Shown: positions 1 through 10,820, counted from the first letter of the stretch. The stretch: 64,000 nucleotides of DNA from an uncultured Chloroflexia bacterium (GCA_963827475.1 CAWHAZ010000005.1:640001-704000), one strand, 5' to 3'. Numbers and translations are program-made. The notes: generated by a model not told the origin, from the sequence alone.

Positions 1-6
1 CCGCCA

Positions 7-450
7 GTGACCAACGACATCCTGCGCCTGATCCTGCTCGTCCTCCAGCTCGGCTTCCTCGCCCTCCTGTTCGTCGTGCTCTACCGCTTCGCCCGGGCCC
101 TGCGCGCCGACCTCCGCCAGGCGGAAGCGGCCCAGGCGGCTTCGCGGACCGGCATCGGTCGACTCGTCGTGCTCGAGTCGCCCGGCGGCGAGCCGGCGGT
201 GGACCGCGTCCTGCACATCGGTCCGATCACCACCATCGGTCGAGACCTGAACAGCACGATCTACCTCGACGACGAGTTCGCCAGCGGCACGCACGCCGCC
301 CTGACCTTCCGCGGCCGGGCGTGGTACGTGGAGGACCGGGGCAGCACCAACGGGACCTGGGTCAACGGCCACCGCATCCAGCGGCCGGTGGCGCTCTCCT
401 ACGGCGACGAGCTCACCGTCGGCCGCGTCCGGTTCCGCCTCGAGCGCTGA
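7..450 (+). CDS. FHA domain protein with N-terminal TM (FhaB/FipA-like)
   Basis: FHA motifs IGR, S-x-x-HA and GSTNGTWVNG; N-terminal hydrophobic helix; lies upstream of rodA-pbpA. Confidence 0.9.
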   Translation: MTNDILRLILLVLQLGFLALLFVVLYRFARALRADLRQAEAAQAASRTGIGRLVVLESPGGEPAVDRVLHIGPITTIGRDLNSTIYLDDEFASGTHAALTFRGRAWYVEDRGSTNGTWVNGHRIQRPVALSYGDELTVGRVRFRLER

Positions 451-452
451 GC

Positions 453-1796
453 GTGTACCGCCTCGCCACCCGACGCGTCGAGTTCACCCTGCTCGTCCCC
501 GTCCTGCTCCTCGTGCCGCTCGGGGTCGCGGTCACCAACATCGCCCAGTCCGGGGTGGCGGAGATCGGACCGATGGCGGTCGCGATCGCCTTCGTGGCGC
601 TCATCGCGGTCGCCCACCTTGTCCTGGCCTGGTCGGGGCACCGGGGTGACGAGCTGCTCCTTCCAGCCGCCGCGGCGATGGGCGCGATCGGCGTGGTCAT
701 GCTCAACCGCCTGCCGCAGGACCTGGCCGGCAACGCGGCCCTCAACCTCGGCATGGTCGGTACCCAGCTGGTGTGGTTCGGCGTCGGCCTCGCGGCCATG
801 CTCGTTGTCGCGATCGGTCTGCGGGACGACGGGTTCCTGCGTCACTACAAGTACACCTGGGGCCTGTTCGCCGCCCTCCTCCTGATCGTCACCTTCCTGT
901 TCGGCACGGAAGTCAACGACGCGCGGCTGTGGATCGTGGTCGGGCCCTTTGGCTTCCAGCCGTCGGAGGCGATCAAGGTCATGCTCGTGATCTTCCTCGC
1001 CGGCTACCTGGCTGAGAACCGCGCCGTGCTCGCCGGAGCGAGCCTGCGGCTGGGGCCGCTCACCCTGCCACCGCTCCCGTACCTCGCCCCCATGCTGATC
1101 GTGTTCGCGGGCGTGATGCTGGTGGTGGTCGTGAGCCGCGACCTCGGCACGGCCCTCCTGTTCTTCGGCGTGTTCCTGACCATGCTGTTCGTGGCCACCG
1201 GCCGCCGGGCCTACGTCCTGTTCGGGATGGTCCTGTTCCTGGCCGGGTCCGCCGTCGCCTACGCGCTGTTCCCGCATGTCGCCGACCGGATCAACACCTG
1301 GCTCGACCCCTGGGCCGATCCGAGCGGGTCCGGGTACCAGGCCGTCCAGGCTCTGTACGCGTTCGCCCGAGGCGGGCTGCTGGGGGAGGGCCTGGGACAG
1401 GGCCTGCCCACGATCGGGGGCCGCCTGCCGGTCCCCGCCGTCCACACCGACATGATCTTTGCCGCCATCGGCGAGGAGCTGGGGATGCTCGGCGGCGTGG
1501 CGCTCCTCGGGCTGGTGGCGGTGCTGATGGCCCGCGGCCTCCGGATCGCGGTCCTCGCCCGCGATGACTTCAGCACGATGCTTGCCGCCGGGCTGACGGC
1601 CGGACTGGTCCTCCAGAGCCTGATCATCGTCGGCGGCAACCTGAAGGTCGTGCCGCTGACCGGCATCACCCTGCCCTTCGTGAGCTACGGCGGGTCGAGC
1701 CTGCTCGCGAGCTTCGTCGTGGTTGGCATCCTCCTGTCCATCAGCCACCGCTCGACGCCCCCCGTCGCGGCGCCGGGCCCGGAGCCAGGCCCGTGA
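453..1796 (+). CDS. rodA: FtsW/RodA SEDS peptidoglycan glycosyltransferase
   Basis: Multi-TM protein with FQPSE, HTDMIF and TGITLPFVSYGGSS motifs; start is GTG 453 or CTG 447. Confidence 0.92.
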   Translation: MYRLATRRVEFTLLVPVLLLVPLGVAVTNIAQSGVAEIGPMAVAIAFVALIAVAHLVLAWSGHRGDELLLPAAAAMGAIGVVMLNRLPQDLAGNAALNLGMVGTQLVWFGVGLAAMLVVAIGLRDDGFLRHYKYTWGLFAALLLIVTFLFGTEVNDARLWIVVGPFGFQPSEAIKVMLVIFLAGYLAENRAVLAGASLRLGPLTLPPLPYLAPMLIVFAGVMLVVVVSRDLGTALLFFGVFLTMLFVATGRRAYVLFGMVLFLAGSAVAYALFPHVADRINTWLDPWADPSGSGYQAVQALYAFARGGLLGEGLGQGLPTIGGRLPVPAVHTDMIFAAIGEELGMLGGVALLGLVAVLMARGLRIAVLARDDFSTMLAAGLTAGLVLQSLIIVGGNLKVVPLTGITLPFVSYGGSSLLASFVVVGILLSISHRSTPPVAAPGPEPGP

Positions 1797-3325
1797 TCGC
1801 GATCCACCTGCCCCGCCTGGCGACCGCGATGCTGGTCTGCTTCGCCCTGCTGGTCGGGGCCATGTCGTGGTGGCAGGTCGTGGCCGCGTCGTCCCTCGAG
1901 TCGCGACCCGACAACCCCGCCCTCATCGCCGCGCACCGCAGCCAGCCGCGGGGCACGATCTTCGATCGCAACGGGACGGTCCTGGCCTCGACGGCCGTTC
2001 TCGACGACCTCGCCCGCCGGACTTACCTCGACCAGGCGTCCACCCACCTCCTCGGGTACGCGTCGCTGCGCTACGGGACGGCCGGGGTCGAGCGAGCCTG
2101 GGACGAGCTGCTCATCGGCCTCCGCGACCCGAACCCGCTCCACGACATCGTGAATGACGTGCTCCAGCGGCCGCCGGAGCCACACGACCTGGTGCTGACC
2201 GTGGACCAGCGGCTGCAGTCCTTCGCCGCCGCCCAGCTGAGTGGCAGCGTCGGGGCGCTGGTCGCGCTGGACCCGGCCACCGGTGAGGTCCTCGCCCTGG
2301 CATCCAGCCCCACGTTCGATGCCACCGCCATCAGCGGCGATCCCGCGGCCGCCGAGGCGCCGTGGCTCGCCCTCCAGGCGGATCCCACCCTGCCCCTCGT
2401 GAACCGGGCGACGACCGGGGTCTACGTTCCCGGGTCGATCATGAAGGTCCTGACCGCGGCGGCCGCCCTGGACGCCGGGGTCATCACTCCCGACACCACG
2501 TTCCCGACGCAGCCCCAGGAGGAGGTGACCGGGTTCGTGGTCAACGGATTCACCATCCGCGAGCACGACCTGGCCGGTGTCCCGCCCGCCCTGTGGGACC
2601 TGTCCGAGGCGATGCAGATCTCGAGCAACATCTACTTCGCCCATGTCGGGCTGGAGCTCGGCCAGCGCCCCTACCTGGTCGGGGCCAGCGCCTTCGGCTT
2701 CTGTGACGACCTCAGGATCGGGCCCGCCAGCCACGGGCTGCCGGTCTCCGCCTCCGCGGTCACCGCCCTGACCGACACCGGCTGCGCCGACTTCGTGGAC
2801 GACGCGGAGCTGGCGTCCGCGGCGTTCGGCCAGGCCCGGGTCACCGCCACCCCGGTGCAGATGGCGCTGGTGGCGGCCACCATCGCCAACCACGGAACCA
2901 TGGTCGAGCCCTTCGTCGTGCGCGAGGTCCGCGCCCCCGACCCGGCCGGCGGCCCCGGCTCGGTGACTGCGACCTACGACAGCCCCGGCACGCGCTCGGT
3001 GGTCAGCCCGCTGTCCGCAGACCAGACGCGCCAGGTCATGGTCGATGCGGTGCATGGGCCGTTGGGCGCGCCGTATGCGGGAGCGGCCGATGTCGCTCGC
3101 TACGGCATCGGTGGCGTGGAGACGGCCGGCAAGACTGGGACCGCCGAGCGCGGCGAGGGGCTGCCGCCGCACTCGTGGTTCATCGGCTTCGTCCCCGCCG
3201 GCGACGGCTCCACCCCCGCCATCGCGATCGCGGTCATCGTCGAGGGTGCCGGCCCCGGCTCCACGGCGGCGGCGCCTATCGGCGGGCGGGTCATGGCGGA
3301 GTGGCTCCGGCTGAACGGAAATTGA
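1793..3325 (+). CDS. pbpA: Class B penicillin-binding protein (PbpA-like transpeptidase)
   Basis: SxxK (GSIMK), SxN (SSN) and KTG motifs; GTGA overlap with rodA. Confidence 0.9.
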   Translation: MIAIHLPRLATAMLVCFALLVGAMSWWQVVAASSLESRPDNPALIAAHRSQPRGTIFDRNGTVLASTAVLDDLARRTYLDQASTHLLGYASLRYGTAGVERAWDELLIGLRDPNPLHDIVNDVLQRPPEPHDLVLTVDQRLQSFAAAQLSGSVGALVALDPATGEVLALASSPTFDATAISGDPAAAEAPWLALQADPTLPLVNRATTGVYVPGSIMKVLTAAAALDAGVITPDTTFPTQPQEEVTGFVVNGFTIREHDLAGVPPALWDLSEAMQISSNIYFAHVGLELGQRPYLVGASAFGFCDDLRIGPASHGLPVSASAVTALTDTGCADFVDDAELASAAFGQARVTATPVQMALVAATIANHGTMVEPFVVREVRAPDPAGGPGSVTATYDSPGTRSVVSPLSADQTRQVMVDAVHGPLGAPYAGAADVARYGIGGVETAGKTGTAERGEGLPPHSWFIGFVPAGDGSTPAIAIAVIVEGAGPGSTAAAPIGGRVMAEWLRLNGN

Positions 3326-3421
3326 ACCCGGGCCGCGGAACCGGCGTCATACCCGGAGTGAACCGTTCCGCTCGCGGCTGCGGTATTGTCCGTTGACCCA
3401 CCTCCCCATCAGGAGCCGCCC

Positions 3422-4378
3422 GTGAACGTCCAGGAGCCGGCCGAGCGCACCATCGGCAACATCGAGCGCGTCATCGTCGGCAAGCACGCCGAGGTTCGGC
3501 TCGCGCTGGTGGCGCTCCTGACCGAGGGTCACATCCTCATCGAGGACGTGCCCGGCGTCGGCAAGACGATGCTGGCCAAGGCGCTGAGCAAGAGCATCGG
3601 CTGCACCTTCAGCCGCATCCAGTTCACGCCCGACCTCCTGCCGTCGGACGTCACAGGCCTGTCGATCTTCAACCAGAAATCGCAGGACTTCGAGTTCCGG
3701 TCAGGACCGATCATGGCCCAGGTCGTCCTCGCCGACGAGATCAACCGGGCCACCCCCAAGACGCAGAGCGCACTCCTCGAGTGCATGGAGGAGGGCCAGG
3801 CCACGATCGATGGCACCAGCCACCCGATGCCGACCCCGTTCCTGGTCATCGCCACTCAGAACCCGATCGAGTACGAGGGGACCTTCGCCCTGCCCGAGGC
3901 CCAGCTCGACCGGTTCCTGCTCCGCATTCGGCTCGGCTACCCGAAGCCGATGGAGGAGCTCGTCATCCTCGACGAGCAGAAGCGCACCCATCCGATCGAG
4001 GCGCTGCAGCAGGTCCTCAGCATCGACGAGCTGCGCCAGATGCAGGCCGGGGTCAAGGAGATCTACGTCGACCAGGGCGTGGCCGACTACATCATTCGCC
4101 TGGTGGGTGCGACCCGCGAGCACGCCGACGTCTACCTCGGCGCGTCGCCACGCGGATCGCTCCACCTCTACAAGGCCGCACAGGCATTGGCTGCGATCAA
4201 CGGTCGCGACTACGTGATCCCCGATGACGTCAAGCAGCTGGCGGTGCCCGTCCTGGGGCACCGCCTCATCGTGCGGAGCCAGGCATCGCTGCGGGAGGTG
4301 GACAACGACGCCATCGTCCGCGAGATCCTGACCACCATCCCGATCGCCGAGCCGACCGAAGCCGGCTTGCCGGCGTAG
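3422..4378 (+). CDS. MoxR family AAA+ ATPase
   Basis: [26 protein letters not shown] and ATQNP motifs; AGGAG RBS before GTG 3422. Confidence 0.93.
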   Translation: MNVQEPAERTIGNIERVIVGKHAEVRLALVALLTEGHILIEDVPGVGKTMLAKALSKSIGCTFSRIQFTPDLLPSDVTGLSIFNQKSQDFEFRSGPIMAQVVLADEINRATPKTQSALLECMEEGQATIDGTSHPMPTPFLVIATQNPIEYEGTFALPEAQLDRFLLRIRLGYPKPMEELVILDEQKRTHPIEALQQVLSIDELRQMQAGVKEIYVDQGVADYIIRLVGATREHADVYLGASPRGSLHLYKAAQALAAINGRDYVIPDDVKQLAVPVLGHRLIVRSQASLREVDNDAIVREILTTIPIAEPTEAGLPA

Positions 4379-4405
4379 GCCGGATCTCGGAGGGGAGGCG
4401 AGCCC

Positions 4406-5644
4406 GTGGGACGTGTCGGCCGTCGGCTGCCGGTCATCTTCGTCGCCACCGTGCTGGTGGTCGCCGCGTTCAGCACCGGGCTGACGGTCCTGTTCTTCCT
4501 CGTCTACCTGGCCGGGGCCCTGGTCATCGGTTCGTGGTGGTACGCGCGACGCGGGCTCGGCGGGGTGCGTGCCGGCTACCACGTCCTCAACCCGCGGGCG
4601 CAGGTGGGGGAGCTGCTGCACGCGGTGTACCGCATCGACAACGACGCGGGGTGGTCGAAGCCGTGGCTGGAGGTCACCAACGACTCGAACCTGCCGATCG
4701 GGCTGCCCGGGCGGGTGATCGGGGTGCAGGCCGTCGGCAGCCGGCAGTGGCTGTCGAAGGTGTCGCTCACCCGTCGCGGCACATACCGCATCGGTCCGGT
4801 GAAGGTCCGCACCGGCGACCCGTTCGGGCTGTTCACCTCCGAGATGCTCGTCGGGCGCCCGACGACGGTCGTCGTCTTTCCCAAGGTCTTCGAGCTGCCG
4901 CACTGGCAGCTCCCGCCGGCGCCGATCGAGGGAACGGCGGCCGCCCGTCGACGGCGGGAGATGGCCTCACCCTTGGCCGCCACCATCCGGCCCTACGCTC
5001 CCGGCGACGCCATCAACCGCATCCACTGGCCGACCAGCGTCCGGCATGGCGAGCTGCAGGTGAAGGAGTTCGACCCGGAGCAGGCCGCCGACCTGTGGCT
5101 CATCCTGGACCTGGACCGCTCCGTGCACGTCGGGACCGGCGACGGCTCATCGGTCGAAACCGCGGTCAGCGTCGCGGCCTCGATCGCGGTCCGGACCCTT
5201 GCCGACAACCGGGCGGTGGGAATGACCGCCTCCGCCCGACGGGCCCACGTCCTGACCCCGGACCGGGGGTCGCGGGTCGAACAGAAGATCCTCCACCTGC
5301 TGGCCAACGTCCAGGCCGACGGCGTGCAGCCCCTGGCCGAAGTCGTGACGGCCAGCCTGCCCCAGTTCCGGCGGGGGATGACCGTCTGCATCGTCACCGG
5401 GTCCACGGCGCGCGACTGGATCCGTCCGCTCGCCACGCTGCCGCGCCGGGGCATCGGCCTGATCGCGGTCCTCCTCGACCTCGGCTCGTTCGCGACCGCC
5501 GCGGGGCAGGAGCCGGCGACCGGCGCCGCCGACATGTCGGCCGTCCGTCACGCCCTGGCCGAGTACGGCATCGCCCATCTCCAGCTGAGCTCCGGCGACG
5601 ACCCGGCGCGCGTCCTCGTCACCCGGGAGCGGATCCGTGTCTGA
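4406..5644 (+). CDS. DUF58 family protein (MoxR partner)
   Basis: RPYAPGD..RIHW..S and VKEF motifs; N-terminal TM; follows MoxR. Confidence 0.88.
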   Translation: MGRVGRRLPVIFVATVLVVAAFSTGLTVLFFLVYLAGALVIGSWWYARRGLGGVRAGYHVLNPRAQVGELLHAVYRIDNDAGWSKPWLEVTNDSNLPIGLPGRVIGVQAVGSRQWLSKVSLTRRGTYRIGPVKVRTGDPFGLFTSEMLVGRPTTVVVFPKVFELPHWQLPPAPIEGTAAARRRREMASPLAATIRPYAPGDAINRIHWPTSVRHGELQVKEFDPEQAADLWLILDLDRSVHVGTGDGSSVETAVSVAASIAVRTLADNRAVGMTASARRAHVLTPDRGSRVEQKILHLLANVQADGVQPLAEVVTASLPQFRRGMTVCIVTGSTARDWIRPLATLPRRGIGLIAVLLDLGSFATAAGQEPATGAADMSAVRHALAEYGIAHLQLSSGDDPARVLVTRERIRV

Positions 5645-7946
5645 AGACGCCGTCGACGATCGTCGGCTTGTCATTCCCGGACCGCGGGAGGGGTGGATGA
5701 GCGTTGTCCTGCTCGCGGTGATGCTCCTCAGTCTGTGCTGGTCGGTGCAGTCGGCCGGGTGGCTCGACCAGATGGAGTTCCTCATCCCCGTTGCGCTGTG
5801 GGCGCTGGTCGCCGGCCTCGCCTTCGGCACCAGCCGCCTGTCGGTGGCCATCACCATGCCGATCTCGGCGCTCCTCGGCGCCGGCATCATCCTGTGGACG
5901 GTCGGGGGCGAGTTCCATCCGGAGCTCGATCAGCTGGCGCGGCTCGACGCCATGCGGACCGTGGCCTTCGATGCCGCCCTCAGCGCCTACCGCTTCGGAG
6001 CGATCCAGCAGGCGGTGGTGATGGCCATCGGCTTCGGGGTCCTGATGTGGACGACGTCGTACACCGCAGCCTTCGTCATGTACCGCCGCCACCACGTCCT
6101 CGACGCGATCCTGCTCATCGGCGCCTTCCTGGTCATCAACCTGGTCGCCACCGTCCGCGACCTGTTCTTCTACCTCGTCCTGTTCGCGCTCGCGTCCCTG
6201 TTGCTGTGGCTGCGCGCCGCCCTCATCGAGCGGCGTGCGGGCTGGCAGACCCGCCGAGTGACCGAGAACCTCGACGTCCCCACCTCGATCATGCGCAGCG
6301 GCGTGATCTTCACGGCCATCTCCATCGGCCTGGCATGGGTGCTGACCTCGGTGGCGGTCGCGGCTCCGCTGACCGCCGCGGTGCGGAGCCTGGACCAGCT
6401 GTGGCTCGACTTCGCAACCGAGGCCAGCGGCTTCTTCCAGGGCCTGAACAGCTCCGGCGCGCGCCCGATCTCGGCTGGCGTCGGGAGCTCGATGACCGTC
6501 GGTCCCTCGTGGACCACATCAGACGAGCCGGTGCTCCGCCTGCGCGCCGAGCGGCCCTACTACCTCGCGTCGGTCACCCTCGACCACTACACCGGCCGCG
6601 GCTTCTCGGCGACCGGCCTGACCAGCCGATCGGTGGCCGTCGAGGCGGATGTGTTCTCGGGGTGGACGCCGGACAGGCCCCAGTCCACCGACGGATTCGA
6701 GCCGGTGACGGTCCAGATCGAGATCCTCGAGCCGCAGGGGCGCGACCTGTACACCCCGGGGTTCCCGGTCCGGTTCTTCGCGCCGGTCGTCGTCGCGGAG
6801 CCGGGCGGGCAGCCGACACTCGGTGCCGTCGACGCCGCCGGGTCGCTGAACAGCGGACAGATGTACGACGTCACCGCGATCGTGTCCGACGTGACCGAGG
6901 CCCAGCTCGCTGCCGCGGTGACCACCTACGAGCCCGAGATCACGAGCCTCTACCTCGACACGACGGGCGTCAGCCCGGCCACCGTGTCGCTCGCCGAGGA
7001 GATCGTCGCCGGGGCGGAGCCCGACCCCTACCACCGGGCCAAGGCCCTGGCCGCATACCTGCGGGGGGATGGCTTCACCTACGACACCTCCGTGATTCTT
7101 CCCAGTGACCCGACCGTGGACCTGGTCGACCACTTCCTGTTCGCCCCGGACGGTCGTCGCGGGTTCTGCGTCTACTACGCCTCCGCCATGGTGATGATGG
7201 CCCGCAGCGTGGGCATCCCGGCCCGGTTCGTGATCGGGTACGCCCCCGGCGAACGAGTCGAGGACGGGGTCTTCCAGGTGACCCAGAAGGACTCCCATGC
7301 GTGGGCCGAGCTGTACTTCCCCGGCTACGGGTGGCAGATCTTCGAGTCCACGAAGAGCATCAACCCCCGCTTCGCGCGGGCCAGTGGCGATCCCAACGCC
7401 GTGACTCGGATCCTGCCGAACCGTGGCGTGGACGCCGGCCCGTTCGGGCCGGGCACCCTGTCGCCCCAGAAGTACGGCGAGCCGGCGCCGAGCTACCAGC
7501 CGATTCCCGGTGGCTACCAGGCCGGGGACGAGCCCGCGGTCAACGACACGCGCGAGGGCAACGCCTGGATCTTCCTGGGGCTGCTCGGAATTGCCTTGCT
7601 CATCGGGATGTGGCGCTGGTTCTCGGCTCGGCGACGGTTCCGTTTCCTGTCACCGGGCGATCGGGGCTGGGCCCGGCTCAACCTCGCCGCCCAACGGGCG
7701 GGCATCGGCCGGCACCCGTCGGAGACGTTCTACGAGTACGCCGGCTGGCTGGAGACCGAGCTGCCGGCGCGGGCGACCGAGATCCGGACCATCGCCGACG
7801 GGAAGGTGTGGTCGGCCTACTCGGGTCGCTCGATGAGCGAGCGAGCGATCGAAGCCATCGAGCGGGCGTGGGACCGTCTGCGCGTGCCGCTGACCACGCT
7901 CGCCATCCGACGGCGGGTGTCGTCCTTCTTCCGGCGACCGATCTGA
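5637..7946 (+). CDS. Membrane transglutaminase-like protein (TgpA/DUF3488 type)
   Basis: N-terminal multi-TM region; GFCVYYA, HAWAELY and GWQIFE catalytic-like motifs; standard MoxR-DUF58-TGase triplet. Confidence 0.88.
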   Translation: MSEDAVDDRRLVIPGPREGWMSVVLLAVMLLSLCWSVQSAGWLDQMEFLIPVALWALVAGLAFGTSRLSVAITMPISALLGAGIILWTVGGEFHPELDQLARLDAMRTVAFDAALSAYRFGAIQQAVVMAIGFGVLMWTTSYTAAFVMYRRHHVLDAILLIGAFLVINLVATVRDLFFYLVLFALASLLLWLRAALIERRAGWQTRRVTENLDVPTSIMRSGVIFTAISIGLAWVLTSVAVAAPLTAAVRSLDQLWLDFATEASGFFQGLNSSGARPISAGVGSSMTVGPSWTTSDEPVLRLRAERPYYLASVTLDHYTGRGFSATGLTSRSVAVEADVFSGWTPDRPQSTDGFEPVTVQIEILEPQGRDLYTPGFPVRFFAPVVVAEPGGQPTLGAVDAAGSLNSGQMYDVTAIVSDVTEAQLAAAVTTYEPEITSLYLDTTGVSPATVSLAEEIVAGAEPDPYHRAKALAAYLRGDGFTYDTSVILPSDPTVDLVDHFLFAPDGRRGFCVYYASAMVMMARSVGIPARFVIGYAPGERVEDGVFQVTQKDSHAWAELYFPGYGWQIFESTKSINPRFARASGDPNAVTRILPNRGVDAGPFGPGTLSPQKYGEPAPSYQPIPGGYQAGDEPAVNDTREGNAWIFLGLLGIALLIGMWRWFSARRRFRFLSPGDRGWARLNLAAQRAGIGRHPSETFYEYAGWLETELPARATEIRTIADGKVWSAYSGRSMSERAIEAIERAWDRLRVPLTTLAIRRRVSSFFRRPI

Positions 7947-7950
7947 GCGG

Positions 7951-9114
7951 TTAGGCCGGAACCTCGGCTCGGGCTGCCGCCTCGTACGCCGCTCGCCCCG
8001 CCAGGTGGGCGGCCTCGGCGTCTGCGGGCTGACCGATGTCCGCGAGCGCCTCGCCGGTCACCGCCAGCGCGGCGTCGATCTCGTCCCAGGTCACGTCGCC
8101 CATGTGGCCGAAGCGGATGATCTTCCCGGCCCACTTCCCCTGCCCACCGGCGACGACCAGCCCGCGTCGCAGCATGGCGGTGTCCAGGCGGCCCCAGTCC
8201 ACGCCATCGGGGAGCCAGGCCGCGGTGACCGTCGCCGATCGCGCCTCGGGGGCAGCCACCGGTCGGAACCCCAGCGCCTCGAGCCCGGCGCAGGCACCGG
8301 CGGCGATCGCCGCATGGCGGGCCCACGTCCGCGCCGGCCCCTCGCGGACGAGCGCCGCGACGCCCAGCCGCAGGCCATACACCACGCTGACCGCGGGCGT
8401 CCAGGGCGTCTGGCCCTTCTCGGCCATGGCGCGGGCTTCGGCGAAGTCCCAGTAGTAGCGCGGCATCCGGGCGGTGGCCTCCGCCGCGCGGGCCCGCGCC
8501 CCCACCGCGGCGATCGCGATCCCCGGCGACGCCATGAACGCCTTCTGCGAGGCGCTCACGACGAGGTCGACGCCCCAGGCGTCCATCTCGAAGGGCATCG
8601 CCCCCAGCCCGCTGATGCCGTCGACCAGGACCAGCGGCTCGCCCGGCGCGGCGTGCACCGCGGCTGCCAGCTCGCGGAGCGGGTTGGCCACCCCGGTCGA
8701 GGTCTCGTTGTGGGTCAGCAGCACCGCCGCGTACGGTGGCGCGCCGGCGAGGGCGTCCGCGAGCCGCGCCGGGTCTGCCGCCTCGCCCCACTCGAAATCG
8801 AGCCGGTCGACATGGGCGCCGAAGGTTTCCGCGATCTTCGCAAAGCGCTCCCCGAACCCGCCGATCGACACGCCGAGGACGCGATCGCCGGGCGAGAGGG
8901 TGTTCACGATGGCCGCCTCCAGCGACCCGGTGCCCGAGCCGGTCAGGAGGAAGACGTCGCCCGAGGCGCCGATCAGTCCGGCGATGCCGTCGCTGATCTC
9001 GTGGAGGAGCTCGGCGAACTCCGGTCCGCGGTGGTTGATCATCGGCGCCGACTGGGCATCCCGGACCTCGTCGGGGATGGGCGTCGGGCCGGGGATGCGG
9101 AGGTTCTGCTCCAT
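7951..9114 (-). CDS. Class V PLP aminotransferase (alanine-glyoxylate/serine-pyruvate family)
   Basis: IPGPTP, HNETSTG, VDGIS and SQKA (PLP lysine) motifs. Confidence 0.9.
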   Translation of the reverse strand: MEQNLRIPGPTPIPDEVRDAQSAPMINHRGPEFAELLHEISDGIAGLIGASGDVFLLTGSGTGSLEAAIVNTLSPGDRVLGVSIGGFGERFAKIAETFGAHVDRLDFEWGEAADPARLADALAGAPPYAAVLLTHNETSTGVANPLRELAAAVHAAPGEPLVLVDGISGLGAMPFEMDAWGVDLVVSASQKAFMASPGIAIAAVGARARAAEATARMPRYYWDFAEARAMAEKGQTPWTPAVSVVYGLRLGVAALVREGPARTWARHAAIAAGACAGLEALGFRPVAAPEARSATVTAAWLPDGVDWGRLDTAMLRRGLVVAGGQGKWAGKIIRFGHMGDVTWDEIDAALAVTGEALADIGQPADAEAAHLAGRAAYEAAARAEVPA

Positions 9115-9121
9115 GCCGCGC

Positions 9122-9142
9122 ATGATACCGACGGACTAGACT
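9122..9142. promoter_or_regulatory. Back-to-back -10 elements for divergent, probably leaderless genes
   Basis: TATCAT on the - strand (9127-9122) is 7 nt before ATG 9114; TAGACT on the + strand (9137-9142) is 6 nt before ATG 9149. Confidence 0.55.
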
Positions 9143-9148
9143 CGATCC

Positions 9149-10504
9149 ATGCCCCCGCGCCGGACCTCGGCCAGGCCCGACCGACCCCTGTTCGAGGAGC
9201 AGCCGGCAACCGGCGCGCCCCTCGCCGCCCGGCTGCGGCCGACCCGCCTGGACGAGTTCGTCGGCCAACGCCACCTCGTCGGCCCGGACGGCGCGCTGCT
9301 GAAGGTCGCGCGTCCCGGCTACCTGCCGAGCCTCGTGTTCTGGGGTCCGCCCGGCAGCGGCAAGACGACCCTTGCCCGGCTCATCGCCGAGGAGACCGGC
9401 GGCACGTGGCGCCAGCTGAGCGCGGTCACCAGCGGGGTCGCCGACGTGCGGGCGCTGGTGGCCGAGGCGCGCGGCCTGCGCGAGGCGGGCGGGCGGACGA
9501 TCCTGTTCATCGACGAGCTGCATCGGTTCAACAAGGCTCAGCAGGACGCCCTGCTGCCACACGTCGAGGACGGGACGATCACCCTGCTGGGCGCGACGAC
9601 CGAGAACCCGTACTACGAGCTGAACTCCCCGCTCCTGAGCCGGCTGCGGGTCTATCGGCTCGAGCCGCTGGACACGGAGGACCTGGCGGTCATCGTCAAC
9701 CGCGGACTGACCGATGCAGCCGGCCTGGCCGGCCGCGTGACCCTCACGGACGAGGGGTTAACCACCCTGCTCGACTTGTCCGGCGGCGACGCGCGACAGG
9801 CGCTGAACGTCCTCGAGGCGGCGGCAGCAACCGCCCCGGACGGGACCGCGCTCGAGGCGGAGACCATTGCCTCGGCCGCCCAGGAGCGGCTGCTGGCCTA
9901 CGACCGGGCCGGCGACGGGCACTACGAAGCGATCAGCGCCTTCATCAAATCCATGCGCGGCAACGATCCCGACGCGGCGCTGTACTGGTGCGCGTCGATG
10001 GTGGCCGCTGGCGAGGATCCGACCTACATCGCCCGCCGGATCGTGATCGCCGCCAGCGAGGACGTGGGCAACGCCGATCCCCGCGCCCTCCAGATTGCGG
10101 TCGCGGCCATGCAGGCGGTGGAGATGATCGGCCTGCCCGAGGCGCAGTACGCGCTGGCGCAGGCCGCGGCCTACGTGGCGTCCGCCCCGAAGTCGAACCG
10201 GGCGGGCGCGGCGTACTGGGCGGCGCTGGCGGATGTGGAGAGCCGGGGGCGGCTCCCCGTGCCCCTCCACCTCCGTTCTGGCACCCACCGCCGCCTGGCG
10301 AGGGAGCAGGGCCACGGGAAGGGCTACCTCTACCCGCACGACTATCCGAACGCCGATGTCGAGCAGCAGTACCTGCCGGACGAGCTGGTCGGGAAGGTCT
10401 ACTACGAGCCCTCCGACCAGGGTATGGAGACGCAGATCGGGGAGCGGCTGGCGCGGCTGCGGGCCGCGCGGAAGGTCAGCTCGGGGCGATCCCGGAGGCG
10501 TTGA
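9149..10504 (+). CDS. rarA: Replication-associated recombination protein A (MgsA/RarA)
   Basis: PLAARLRP, GPPGSGKT, DELHRFNKAQQD, SAFIKSMRG and ASEDVG motifs; C-terminal Y-x-YPH. Confidence 0.95.
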   Translation: MPPRRTSARPDRPLFEEQPATGAPLAARLRPTRLDEFVGQRHLVGPDGALLKVARPGYLPSLVFWGPPGSGKTTLARLIAEETGGTWRQLSAVTSGVADVRALVAEARGLREAGGRTILFIDELHRFNKAQQDALLPHVEDGTITLLGATTENPYYELNSPLLSRLRVYRLEPLDTEDLAVIVNRGLTDAAGLAGRVTLTDEGLTTLLDLSGGDARQALNVLEAAAATAPDGTALEAETIASAAQERLLAYDRAGDGHYEAISAFIKSMRGNDPDAALYWCASMVAAGEDPTYIARRIVIAASEDVGNADPRALQIAVAAMQAVEMIGLPEAQYALAQAAAYVASAPKSNRAGAAYWAALADVESRGRLPVPLHLRSGTHRRLAREQGHGKGYLYPHDYPNADVEQQYLPDELVGKVYYEPSDQGMETQIGERLARLRAARKVSSGRSRRR

Positions 10505-10820
10505 CGAGGACCACCGCCGCGGCGAGCAGCGCGGTCATGACCAGGACCAGGATCCCGGTGTTGCGCAGGTCCCGCATCACGTAGTGGTACTCCTCCCGCG
10601 CGGTCTCCCCGAGGCGGGAGGTCGACGCGGGGTTGAAGGACAGGGCGGGCCGCCGGGGAGCCGTCGGAACGGTCGCCGCGCCCGAGGCAGCTTCCGGACT
10701 CGGCACGACCGGACTCGGCGCGACCGGCGTCGGGGGCGTCGCCGATGGGGACGGACCCTGCCGGGTCCTGCGCTGCTGGCGGGCTCTGCGGGTTGCGGCC
10801 TTGCCGGTCCGTCGGGCCAT
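10476..10820 (-). CDS. Hypothetical protein with basic/Pro-rich N-terminus and C-terminal TM
   Basis: GAGG RBS upstream; C-terminal hydrophobic helix after EEYHYVMRDL; fills the gap between + strand genes. Confidence 0.65.
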   Translation of the reverse strand: MARRTGKAATRRARQQRRTRQGPSPSATPPTPVAPSPVVPSPEAASGAATVPTAPRRPALSFNPASTSRLGETAREEYHYVMRDLRNTGILVLVMTALLAAAVVLVNASGIAPS

